From: Dicyema japonicum
Taxonomy: Eukaryota; Animalia; Dicyemida
NCBI GenBank assembly: GCA_011109175.1
Contig: RDEW01000042.1
Coordinates: forward strand, 440,504 to 473,503
Length of the DNA stretch: 33,000 bases
Direction of reading: 5' to 3'
Positions 23,345-33,000 of the stretch are shown piece after piece. The position numbers and the translations under genes were made by a program. Positions within the stretch are counted from its first letter, which is position 1, and every line of letters begins with the position of its first letter. The notes beneath the pieces were generated by a model, which saw nothing but the letters and a program-made list of their open reading frames with translations, was not told where the DNA came from and made no database searches.

Positions 23345-24385
23345 TCTAATAAATATTTTATGTCACAGTTTACGCAAGCAAACGTGCCATCCAATCATTG
23401 TTCCCACTGCCGAACGGAAGTGCCTTCACTAATCCTTGCAGAGGAAGCCGATTGCGTGAAACATTGAGAGGCCGAGTGGATGTCCATCTTCCTCGTAAAT
23501 AAGGACAAATCCGGAACCACATATACGAGTTGTAGATTCCATCTGCAAGGGAGGTAATTATGTTTAACACTTTGGACCCAGCATTCGTATTGTTTTTCTT
23601 TGCAGTGTGTTTAGTTTGTGGATAGTGGCCTCTGATAACGCTATCTCCTCGCAACAGAAGCATATTCAATGGCCGGTGCGATTATTATTATAAGCAACAT
23701 GCTTACAATCGTAATAGTTATAATTTCACTCGTGCATCAATCTTCCGAATCAACTTTTTCCAACTATTTGATCGTGAGACAATAGTTTTTTCAATTCGTC
23801 TAAATCGTCTCCACTTCTTAGACTTATTTCACAAGCATTACATCTACATAAAGTGTTTTTGGGAGTGTAACATACCGGCAACACGGAAACACGGTTCCTG
23901 TGCGATTGTATGAAGATATATAATTCCGATTGTTTTATTTATATTTACTGGGGTCTTCTGTGTAAGAACCCGTGTGATATTTATTTTCTGCACTTCTTTT
24001 GAAGACTTGTTTGGCATGATAGGTAAAATTAAGCTACTTTTTGTAAGTCCATGATCGAGAATTTTCTTTTGACAGATATCCAAGTATGTAGGTGACGATT
24101 GCTATTCCTTCTTCGGACCGACGGTCTGAGGTGAATTGAGTGCATGTTAATTTTGGAGCCGATACGGAGAGATTGTTTTCTATTAACCTATCATGGACAC
24201 AATCGACTTTTTTCTGTGTGAGTGAGATCGCTTCTGATGTCGAACTGCTTCTGATGTCAAACTGTTTCTTGTTGCAATGCTAGTATCATCATAAGAAAAC
24301 AGTAGGAAGTCCTTGTCAATGTCTGCTTACAAATCGTGGAGGAAAAAGGTTGAATAGATTAGGGGACAAAGGAAAACAAAAAAAT
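23345..24385 (-). mobile_element. Mosaic degraded copy of LINE family A
   Basis: Reads PLSPNLFNLF(L)HDL...FLLFSYDDTSIATRN...LSVSAPKLTCTQFTSDRRS (24385-24115), then an unrelated ~400-bp block, then APAIEYASVA...ICGSGFVLIYEEDGHPL...IGFLCKD**RHFRSAVGTM (23690-23380). It has an internal 17-bp duplication GCTTCTGATGTC[G/A]AACT at about 24230-24263. Confidence 0.85.
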
Positions 24386-25989
24386 TCCACCACCAGTTTT
24401 CGTATGTATGGTATTCCATTGGGGGGGGGACATCCACACCATATCTGAACTCCATCGATTAGACTACTGTCACTACTTGGCAGGACGTTCCAATCCAAGT
24501 TGTTTATCTATAAAACTAAATGAATTCACATTACGATAAGATATACCTGCATTGAGTATCTGATAGGAAAACCAATTGCCAATACAAATAATGGTTGGCT
24601 GACGATCTACCAATTTATGACTTTCTGGTAAATGGAACTTTCAAGATCTAATCCAGTCCTCGTAAACGCCTTAGCCCAGTTTAGTTATCTTTTTACTTTT
24701 TGTATAGGTTATAATCAAAGAACCAAAAATATTGGACAAATGTTTCCTTCGTTCCTTCACAGTCATGCTCGTTCAAAAAATCCCCAAATTTATGCGAAGA
24801 TGCAGAGAAACTTTCTAATATCACGCATAAATCAATCCAGAACGAACGGAAAAGGAAGAACAAATATAGTTCTATCAGTTGTAGTAACCTCTTTAATGTA
24901 GTGGTGGAGACATTGTGGCACTGTAGGTTTCCTGAGACAAATAGATCACGTGACTCCACTCTAATAGAACGAGAGATGATAAGAAACAAAGAAAATAAAC
25001 CTTCTACTTAGCCAATGGAAGTAATCGAATCAATAATAATTCCATCTTGAGGGGAACAAGGAATTATTAGTTGTCTAGGAAATCCATATTTACACTTCAA
25101 TCGATAACACCCACGTGTAATGCTTATAACATTTATGATCCCCCACTCATTGATAGAGAACCGGAATGATCTTCATATGGCTCCATTGAGCAACCTCAAC
25201 TAAAATATCATACTTAGCAGATTCTCACATTCCTAAAAACCAGGAATCTTACCTGATTGTGTCTACGCTTGCCATACAAGCTTTCAGAGAGAACAAATTC
25301 TGGAGCGTAGATATTCTGAGAACAAGCTGAATTGTCAATCGTCGACGCAGAGTGTGAACCTCAAAATGGAACAAGCATATTCAATGTTTTATATGCGGTC
25401 TTATGGTGCCATGGGCTTTTCCCAGAAATTACCTTAAGGATATTCAACCTCTAGTCCTTTCGTTAGGAGTTGGTCTGAGTGCCTTGTAATGTTTATCAGC
25501 TGTAGTACGTCATCCATATGATATTAGGATTCTTTAAAGTGGCTATAAGCATATACCCAACGAGGAGCTAGAAAGCAAACAATCCGATGTGAATAGTGAA
25601 GTTGTAGGTGTGTCTACATTACTGCAATTGCCAAGGAGAGGTATTCGTTCCTAGAGGCGATGATAAAATCGATGTATAGAACAGGAATAGCGTGTCGGTA
25701 TTATTAAGCTGAGAAAACGTAATAAAGAAATAAATTAAACAAAATCAGTGAATTTAGGGAGCTCTGTAGGACTTTATTTGATAGCAGTCAGGATATTTAC
25801 CTGCTCTTATCCACGAATACTCTTCCATGGCCTCTTGATAGGAGGTTTTCTAACACAGTTTGAGATTATGCTAAATATTGGTATCAAACATTTTGTTCGG
25901 TACTTCTCCGAGACAGAGTAAAAAGCTTTTTGAATATTAATCGAAATCATTGTCGTGGTTCAAATTGGGTTAGAGAAGGTGTCGCCTCA

Positions 25990-26562
25990 ACAGGATCGAG
26001 AGGTTTTTCCTGTCTTCCTCCAGAGTACCACGGCTTTCCTGAATAGACGACAATCATCTTTCATTAGAGTTTGAAGAGGAGTGGGTTTTTTCCCAAATTT
26101 CGTGTATTCGAGGTTTCTTCCAAACGACTTGTTTCTTGGCCACACAGACAGATGAAGCCGGAGCCATTATTTTTGATTGAGGCGTGGTCAAGCATTGGAA
26201 CGAAAAGACCGGGGGGTAGATTCGTTTGACGTGCTAGTTTGCCAATTAGGGTATTGATCTTGAGTGAATTTGATATCGAAGCTCCATAGGCCCATGAGGC
26301 ACAAGCGTACTCAATCGTCGGTTTTAAGAGTTGATTGAACACGACGAGGGCGCATTCCTGTGAAGGTTTGGACTTCAAGAGCGGTTTGATTATATAAAGT
26401 TTCCTGAAACCCTTTGTCATAACGTTATTCTCATGTTGAGAAAATGTCATCAAAGGGTCAAATATCACTCCCAGGATAGTTGGACGAATCTGTAGTGGTA
26501 AGGAGTCTCCAGGGGTTGGTTTAATTCTGAATGAACGATTGTTGATGCTGAAAGGTTTCGGA
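25990..26562 (-). mobile_element. 5'-truncated diverged copy of LINE family A
   Basis: Reads RPTILGVIFDPLMTFSQHENNVMTKGFRKL...KPTIEYACASW...FICLCGQ...KNPLLFKL, then KDDCRLFRKAVV. It is collinear with the 8410-9358 copy. Confidence 0.85.
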
Positions 26563-26715
26563 TGTTTTTTTTAAATTATCGATACATAAAATTTAATGAA
26601 CACAATATTTAAAATTTAAAAGTTTAACTTTTATAATTTGCCTTTTAGTGGTATCTGATGTTATTGTTATTAATAATAAATTCGGCATTTAAAATAGCTA
26701 ACATCAGCCAGTTTC

Positions 26716-28153
26716 ATGGTTGTTTTAACACATCAGGAAAAATTACAATTCTTAAAGGAGAAAATGCATAGTTATGTAGAATATTGAAGGGACTTTAGCT
26801 TCACATTAATGTATAAACCATTTATCACTTTTATAGTGGAAGGGCTATTACACGTCAAGAAATCCCATAAAAATTTGTGTTTGATGAATTACGTCACTAC
26901 TTTGAATATGAGGGAAATGGTGGATTTCTTCCTTCAAAAACTAATTGCCAACTTTGCCTCTCTGCCTGGCATAGTCAAGGTACATTTCTAAAATAAATCC
27001 AGGACTACGTGTCTTTTCGGATACTGATTCGAAAAGGAAACACGACAGCATGTGATATGACCGACTTAAAGTATTTGATTTTCCCAGTGAGTTGGATTCG
27101 ATATAAACTGTAGAATTCGGCTAATCAGGACCAATTTGAGAGAAGACGTCAAACTTAAAAGAAACACCTCGCTCATGGACTTTTCGACCACATTCGGAGT
27201 TGCCTCACGTTGTATCGTTCCAATGACACCAAAGTTGTTAACTTAATAATTCAGATATGATATGGGCATCAGACAAGAATTGATGTTCTAGTGACACCCA
27301 GATACTCATCGGATGAGGATAAAGAGCATTGTACGGAGTATGGTCGCATGCAACAGTCGAACCCTTCCAAAGTCAGTTTTAAAGCCACGAAAAATAATCT
27401 TCCTTTGCTAGGTTTTTTAATTGTGGGAGATACAGGTAGTGGATTAAATTTATGAAAAATCTGCCTCTCCAAGATGGGGATCGACAGAATAAGCCAAGTC
27501 TGTGTGGTGATCCACAGTGGAAATCGAGAACTGAATCACCAATTTGCTACTGGTTAGTTTTTTTTGATTTAACCAAGATGCTCTTGTTGAAATGACAGGT
27601 CTATAAGAAGAGACGAGTCCTCAACTACCTTTCTTACGCGTCAGGTTTTGTCCACACTCATTTGAAATCCTTCTACAAACGGTTTTTTACTTCCCAGAAG
27701 AGTAAAACATGCCGTGGTATATGAAGTCTCGCATAACATCGCAAAAATGAAAGAAATGAGGTTGATGGGAGATGGATGGGATCGACTCGACCCATTACGT
27801 CACATCATCTTTTACCCATGTTGATTAACAAGTTTGCTAGAGTTTATATTTGTAGTTCACTGGCCAGCTCAGGATGATGGCACGTGCACTTATGTACTGA
27901 CTTTCAGAGACATTTGGAACCACGTGTCACGGAGCTTGAAGGGCTCTTTCACGAGCGAAGGCGAGATGATTCCTTTCTTTGAAGAGGTGTTGGAAGTAAT
28001 GAGACAGAAGGTAATCTCTATCAGAGTGGCCTTCCCCAAGTTGATAATGGAAGAGGCTCTCCAGTCATATAAAGAAGTTTCCGAAGTAGTGGACACATGT
28101 ATATTAGTAAAAAGTGTATCAAATTTCGTCCAATTGCAATTATCAAGGGATAG
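26716..28153 (+). pseudogene. RTCB: tRNA-splicing/RNA 3'-phosphate ligase RtcB (eukaryotic HSPC117 type), unprocessed pseudogene
   Basis: Collinear motifs across frames: EKLQFL, FVFDELR...GGFLP, IANFASLPGIVK, VGFDINCRIRLIRTNL, DEDKEHCTEYGRMQQ..PSKVS, EIQVVD, KMGIDRISQVCVVIHSG...HQFAT|DALVEM, TFLTRQ, VYEVSHNIAK, GSTR...HH, Q|FTGQ, GTCTYVLT, ETFGTTCHGA*RALSRAKAR, IRVAFPKLIMEEA.QSYKEVSEVVDTC and KFRPIAIIKG* (TAG 28151-28153). Introns are 26980-27002, 27553-27577 and 27832-27855. Many stops, frameshifts and deletions. Confidence 0.95.
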
Positions 28154-28329
28154 TTGCTATTCTTAATTTTAATGAATTTAATTTATTTAATTGGCTGACT
28201 CGCTTTTTTTATAATATTTTTATTTTTGTTCTATGGCCAATCTTTCCAACTAGAAAAAATGAGTATGTGCGACGATTTTAATATTCTTTAAGAAAATTGT
28301 TCCATCTGACTTGTTACTATAGTTAATTA

Positions 28330-28800
28330 CTCAACTATTACTACCCAGGATGATGGCTGCCTCTAAACTCCTACCCCGATTGCTATACGGTCCCATAAAT
28401 CTTTCAGAGTGGGATGAATGTGATATCTATGTCTGAGTGAGTCAAGAAACCGAATTTGTTCACACTGAAATTTCCAGATTATATCTGAGAGAGGGAACAT
28501 CTTTCAATAGTAGCTTCTGTGGATTGAGTGACTAGGAAGGGAATTCGAGCGTTGGATTTCAGTTTATCTAGCAGTTCGCACAAATAGCTAACATAGTTAG
28601 TGTCTCATAATCTGTGAGGATCTTAAAGGAAATGAATCAACGTAAATTGGCGTCCATTCAGTCTTTATTTATGCGCCAATTACGTGAAAGCATCTGATAC
28701 CGACAAATCTCTTCCATAGATTACTAGAAGAGAAAACAATTCAAATATAGTCAAAACGATAGGATAAATTAAAATCCGCTACTACAGTCCGACCTTGATT
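28330..28800 (+). mobile_element. Possible degraded LINE RT/C-terminal fragment
   Basis: Contains a QDDGCL remnant (YADD-like), KLASIQSLFMRQLR and RIN*NPLL. Many stops are present. Confidence 0.35.
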
Positions 28801-28994
28801 TGGAACAAACCTCTGGACAGGAACAATTCAGTTTTTGGAATAACCTCAGTTTTTGGAACACTTTAGGATCTCTGCCAAAAATACTTAAATTTCGATTTGG
28901 AACTGAATTTATTACTATTTTTTTTATTTTTAGTCATTAAAAAATTAATAATTTTTTAATAAAAAAACTCCACACTAAATCATTATGATTCTTA

Positions 28995-29330
28995 GTTACG
29001 GTCTGTTAGACTCCTTCATGTTTTCGAGATTGCGATTTTTCGGAAGCTGTCTAGATCATCTGCGTCTTCTAATGGCATTTTAAAATGTTTAGATAGATGT
29101 TCATTGTTCGTGGATTCCTTCTAAAAGCCACCCGAGCAGAAAAATGATTGCATAATATCGTAAGCAGGGACGGTATTATTCTTCCATAGTATATACCCAA
29201 ATAATCCCCATCGAGTCTTAGTAATAATTTAATCCATGTGCTTCGATTTATAAACTGTGTATAGGTCTTGGTTTTTAATAAGTACGATTTCTCCAGGGTG
29301 AGTTTTACAAATACATCCAATTGAGGGACG
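28995..29330 (-). mobile_element. 3' fragment of an RTE/RTEX-like LINE
   Basis: Minus strand reads YLLKTKTYTQFINRSTW..LLRLDGD...FRRNPRT, then PLEDADDLDSFRKIAISKT*RSLT. This matches the W.L.GH.LRL...FRGRPRT...DL..LR..A.DR..WR.L C-terminal pattern. Confidence 0.7.
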
Positions 29331-29414
29331 TCACCGCCTCAGCCAATAACTGGAATAGTCATATCTTGATTTTTTTAAAAATTACTGAAACATTTAGATA
29401 ATGAATATCTATTA

Positions 29415-31186
29415 AATGCAGGCCTCATTGCGTAGCTGTTCCCTCACAGAATTGCCAGCGAATTTCGCTCAAACAGCCAGCGCTGTTCGCGAGATCTCCA
29501 GTGCTTGAGGTTTTCCGGTTTCCAAGACGTCCGAAAAACTAGATTGTAGAGGGGGAGTAGGATCTGGAAGTCTCCATAGCAATGGGAACAAATTTGAGAT
29601 TATCAGGAAGGTCGACGTATTTTTCGAGTTTGGCCTTCTCCGCCTTGACGGCTGCAGAGCAGGCCTTGAAACGCACTCGTGAAGATTGTTCGGAACGATC
29701 ATGTCTGTACATGTCACGACCCAAACAAGTGGTTTCCGGTATCGATGGGAAATATGGTTATCCCGTCCGGTCGTTTCCCTTCACTTCTGCATAACCCGAC
29801 CGGTTCAAGAATGACCGAGTATCCAGCAGCATCCATAGCTTGCTTGACAATCTCATTCAGAGCCTTGTGCTTTGGAGATCTGCCAGTGCTCCTCTTGCAG
29901 GCGAGAGGGTGCAAACCATAGCAGTCTATCAAGATGCCAACATCGGCAAGGGTGAGTACACATACTTTTAGTCCCAGCCGCAGAGAGATACAATTTCTAA
30001 CGCATTCATCATCCAGAAAGGTGCCCATGATTCCTTTGGGGATGGCGTTTAACGAAGCTCAGCTCTCAGGGGAAGCCCTGAAAAAACAAGCGCGTCGGTG
30101 TTGATTTGCTGATTCCAGTAGGAGTCCAAGTGATTTCCAACATAATAAATTGTCCAGGTTTCGCTGGCAGTCTTGTGAAAGAGGCAGGGGGAGGTTGGTG
30201 GCATTCCAGGCTTTTCGTGGTGGATTATGTCTTGGTCAATTGAGAATTCGGGTAGGAATTGTATAATCCACCTGACCAAAGGTTTGCAGGTAGTGAGACG
30301 TCCAAAGTACGACGGATTCCAAGACCCCCAAATCTAACTGGGAGTGTAGCTTGCTTCCATGTAGCATCGTCGAATTTGACATTAAATATTTGCTCCGTTG
30401 AGCTGAGGAAAGACAAATCAAAATACTCAAGCTGTTCCAGTTGGGAATAGTACGGGGCTGTCCTGATTAAATAGCCGATTCTCTGAATGTTAAGACTTCT
30501 TTTCATGAGGAATAGTCCTGAGTGTGAGTCAAGTAGCTGATTCGCATAGGAGTTGTTTTTTTGTCAAGGAGGACATGCTTCATCGGATTCCTAGTGATTG
30601 TCAAGGAGTCATGCTTCATCGCATTCCTAGTGGTTGTCAAGGAGTTGAACTCCGAGTCTCAGTTGAACGGATGCAAAAGGACGGGAGGTCCGTAAAGTGA
30701 GTTCCATCCATAAATGTGCGGATGTTGTTCTTTATTTCAATCGAGAGAGACTGTTTCAAGGAGGAGCCAAGTGCGAATGGAGCAAAATTAAACAAACGTA
30801 CTCACTTGTTTATAGAGTCGGAGTAGAGAGCATCGTCAATTGCTTTAGTTAAGGCTTCGGCAGCTAGAAGGCGTGCTGCTTTTGGGATCTTCACCGGGAT
30901 TCTCCACGATGAACGGCGTTCATTGATAATTTTGAGTAGCGAATCTGGATCCAATTCGGAAAGGTCTTCTCCCGAGGTGTATGCACTCGCGTGACCATTA
31001 GGAAACCCCAGCCAACTCCAAGGCACGAGCGCCAGTGCCTTATCCCAAAGGCGCGGATGGAGGTCTAGAGAGCTTCAAACATCCGAGGTGAAAAAAACCT
31101 CCACAGACAGAACAAGAAATTCCGAACTTTCTCAAATTGCTCATGTTGCAGGCAGAGCAATTAGACAATGACTCTTCAAGTAACAT
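29415..31186 (-). mobile_element. Internally deleted CRE-clade non-LTR retrotransposon with N-terminal PHD finger and C-terminal restriction-like endonuclease
   Basis: ATG at 31186 starts MLLEESLSNCSACNMSNLRKFGISCSVCGGFFHLGCLKLS...PWSWLGF. Then come IPKAARLLAAEAL...K(W)VRLFNFAP, a jump to LLDSHSGLFLMK..IQRIGYLIRTAP, QATLPVRFGGLGIR, GLHPLACKRSTGRSPKH, GKRPDGITIFP..GKPLVWVVTCTD, FVPIAMET and WLFERNSLAIL*GNS. No YxDD or RT core lies between 30800 and 30540. Confidence 0.9.
30561..30644. repeat. 36/37-bp tandem repeat (2.3 copies) within the CRE element
   Basis: TTGTCAAGGAG..CATGCTTCATCG.ATTCCTAGTG. occurs at 30561 and 30598, and TTGTCAAGGAG at 30634. Confidence 0.9.
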
Positions 31187-31559
31187 CTCACTGAATAAAC
31201 AATAGGGTAATAGTCAAGAATAGGGGGATTAATTTTAATAATAAATTTTAATAATTCATAAATATATTCATAAATTTTAATTTTTTTTATTAATAAATTA
31301 ATGTAACAAATGCGTCTAGTGAGATTATCTCAAGAAAAATTAAATTAAATTTGTAACAATTTAAACCTAGCATGAAATATTATACCATTTGACGTATTTC
31401 AGCATAAGAAACTCTCTAAAAATCTCTCTATCATGACATCATGACACCTTTGATGGTATTTATATTTCATGCGGTTTGTGGTTCTCCTTTATTTATACTC
31501 GGGAGAACATATCCACGTCCAACTTTCCAATTCTAAATAACATTATAAGAGTGCAAAGC

Positions 31560-33000
31560 ACTCTGACACCAGTTATCTCACTGGTCTCATACATAGAGGT
31601 AGTTTGATGTATACGGGTTTTGAAGTACAATTGAAGATAATCAAGAAAGCCATTGAAGAGGAACAAGACTGTCTCAAGAACAATGTTTAAGGGTAGAAGC
31701 AAGCAAACTAAACACCAAAGACCCCTCGTTCTGGAAGTTCTACAAAAGAATAACTGGCAAGAATAGGAATGACATAAAATCTCCTTGACCAAGCCAGAAG
31801 GTGGACTATGTTCTACTGAAGAAGCCTTTAAGAAGCAACTGGACAGCATTCAGGGAGTCAACCCGATGGAGCTTATTCCAAGGGAGATGTTAGATTCTTC
31901 ACGTGAAGTTTTAACCTACTGTTTGGACGATCTCAAAGATACTGAAATGAAAATAACTACGGAAAAAGTCATGAGTGCAATCATGACAAGCAAGGCTAAC
32001 GCTCCGGGACATGACCATCTAAGCATGAGATTGTTCAAGGAAGGCCCAGAGGCTCTATTTCCCATACTGAAGAATTTATTCAATGCAAGCATTCATCATG
32101 GCCATGTTCCAAAACGATGGAAATTTCTATAATCAGAATGATTCTGAAACCGGGAAAATCGAGGAGGGACCCACTCAGCTATAGGCCGATGAGCCTCATC
32201 TCTTCGATCTCCAAGATTATCGAACGAATTATCTTCAGAAGGCTTAACGACCACGAAGAAAAAGTATTTTCCCTCACAGAACAATGTGGCTTCAGACCTG
32301 AAAATCATGCACGGACTGCATCTACAAGATCATTCAATGGTACTGAGAGGTCTGGAATTCAAAAGACTATTCAACCTGGTATGTTTGGATCTGTCCAAGG
32401 CTTTTGATAGCGTGTTGTACGAAGCCCTCCTATCAAGGCTAGCAGCTAGCATAAAAAAACTTTTCATGTGGATAAATGACTTTCTAGCAGGACGGACTTC
32501 CCAAGTACGTGTAGGAGCAAATATGTCAAAAGATATCATACTGAAGAGGGGAGTTCCACAGGGATCTGTTTCAGCTTACTTCTGTTCATCGTATTATTGC
32601 CAGACCTCCCAACTTACCGGATATGAACACCAGATTATTGATATACGCTGATGATATTCTGATCACGGATACATCCGGGAAATCAACTCTCTCGGAAAAA
32701 AGAATAAAGTTATTCAGTGAATAAGCACAGGACTGGTGCATCAAGAGAAGGAAGAGTCAGTCGCCTAAGGAAGCATCAGACCCAGCTTCAAACATCACTA
32801 AGAGATTTTCTTAAGTAAATTCACTGCGCTACCTCGGGGTAGTAATCGACTGGAGAGGTTTCTTCATGGAGGACATTAGACGAAGAAGGCGCTTCAAGCA
32901 CTTTTATGTACAAGAAAGTAGTTTGTAAGCTTGGAAACCTTCTTGTTCATCATCATGAGAGTCATTCTTCCGGAGCTGCTATATGGATGCGAAGCATAGA
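31560..33000 (+). mobile_element. Jockey/I/CR1-like LINE ORF2 (linker + RT), frameshifted, runs off the window end
   Basis: Reads SFWKFYKRITGK, KANAPGHDHLSMRLFK, LFNASIHHGHVPKRWK, ILKPGK...SYRPMSLISSISKIIER, QCGFR, LDLSKAFDSV, WINDFLAGRTSQVRVG, GVPQGS (32550), YADD (32644), LRYLGVVID and LLYGCEA. Confidence 0.95.

Noticed and set aside
24590-24680. MULE transposase motif (FLVNGTFKI resembling DGTFK)
   Set aside because: The catalytic Asp is absent, and no downstream CxFH motif or long TIRs were found.

Overview
AT-rich eukaryotic genomic DNA with no intact host gene, RNA gene or CRISPR array that I can support. The window is a graveyard of transposons and pseudogenes. The ORF track is mostly broken pieces of these elements or their antisense shadows. 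Four points stand out. (1) A complete 1,624-bp Ginger-like DNA transposon (12685-14308) has 43-bp TGT...ACA terminal inverted repeats and an exact 5-bp GCATA target-site duplication. Its HHCC-DDE transposase is split by four 23-27-nt GT-AG mini-introns. (2) A decayed copy of the tRNA-splicing ligase RTCB (26716-28153) keeps three 23-25-nt introns but has lost catalytic segments. (3) A CRE-clade retroelement (29415-31186) carries an N-terminal PHD finger and a C-terminal restriction-like endonuclease, but its RT core is deleted. (4) There are many fragments of at least three other non-LTR retrotransposon groups (I-group-like, RTE/RTEX-like, Jockey/I-like), and the I-group-like family shares a conserved 3'-terminal hairpin-polyA motif. 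The uniform ~25-nt introns, animal-like RTCB and heavy short-deletion decay suggest a reduced parasitic eukaryote such as a myxozoan. That assignment is inference only. All alignments were done by eye and from memory of family motifs; no database search was run.
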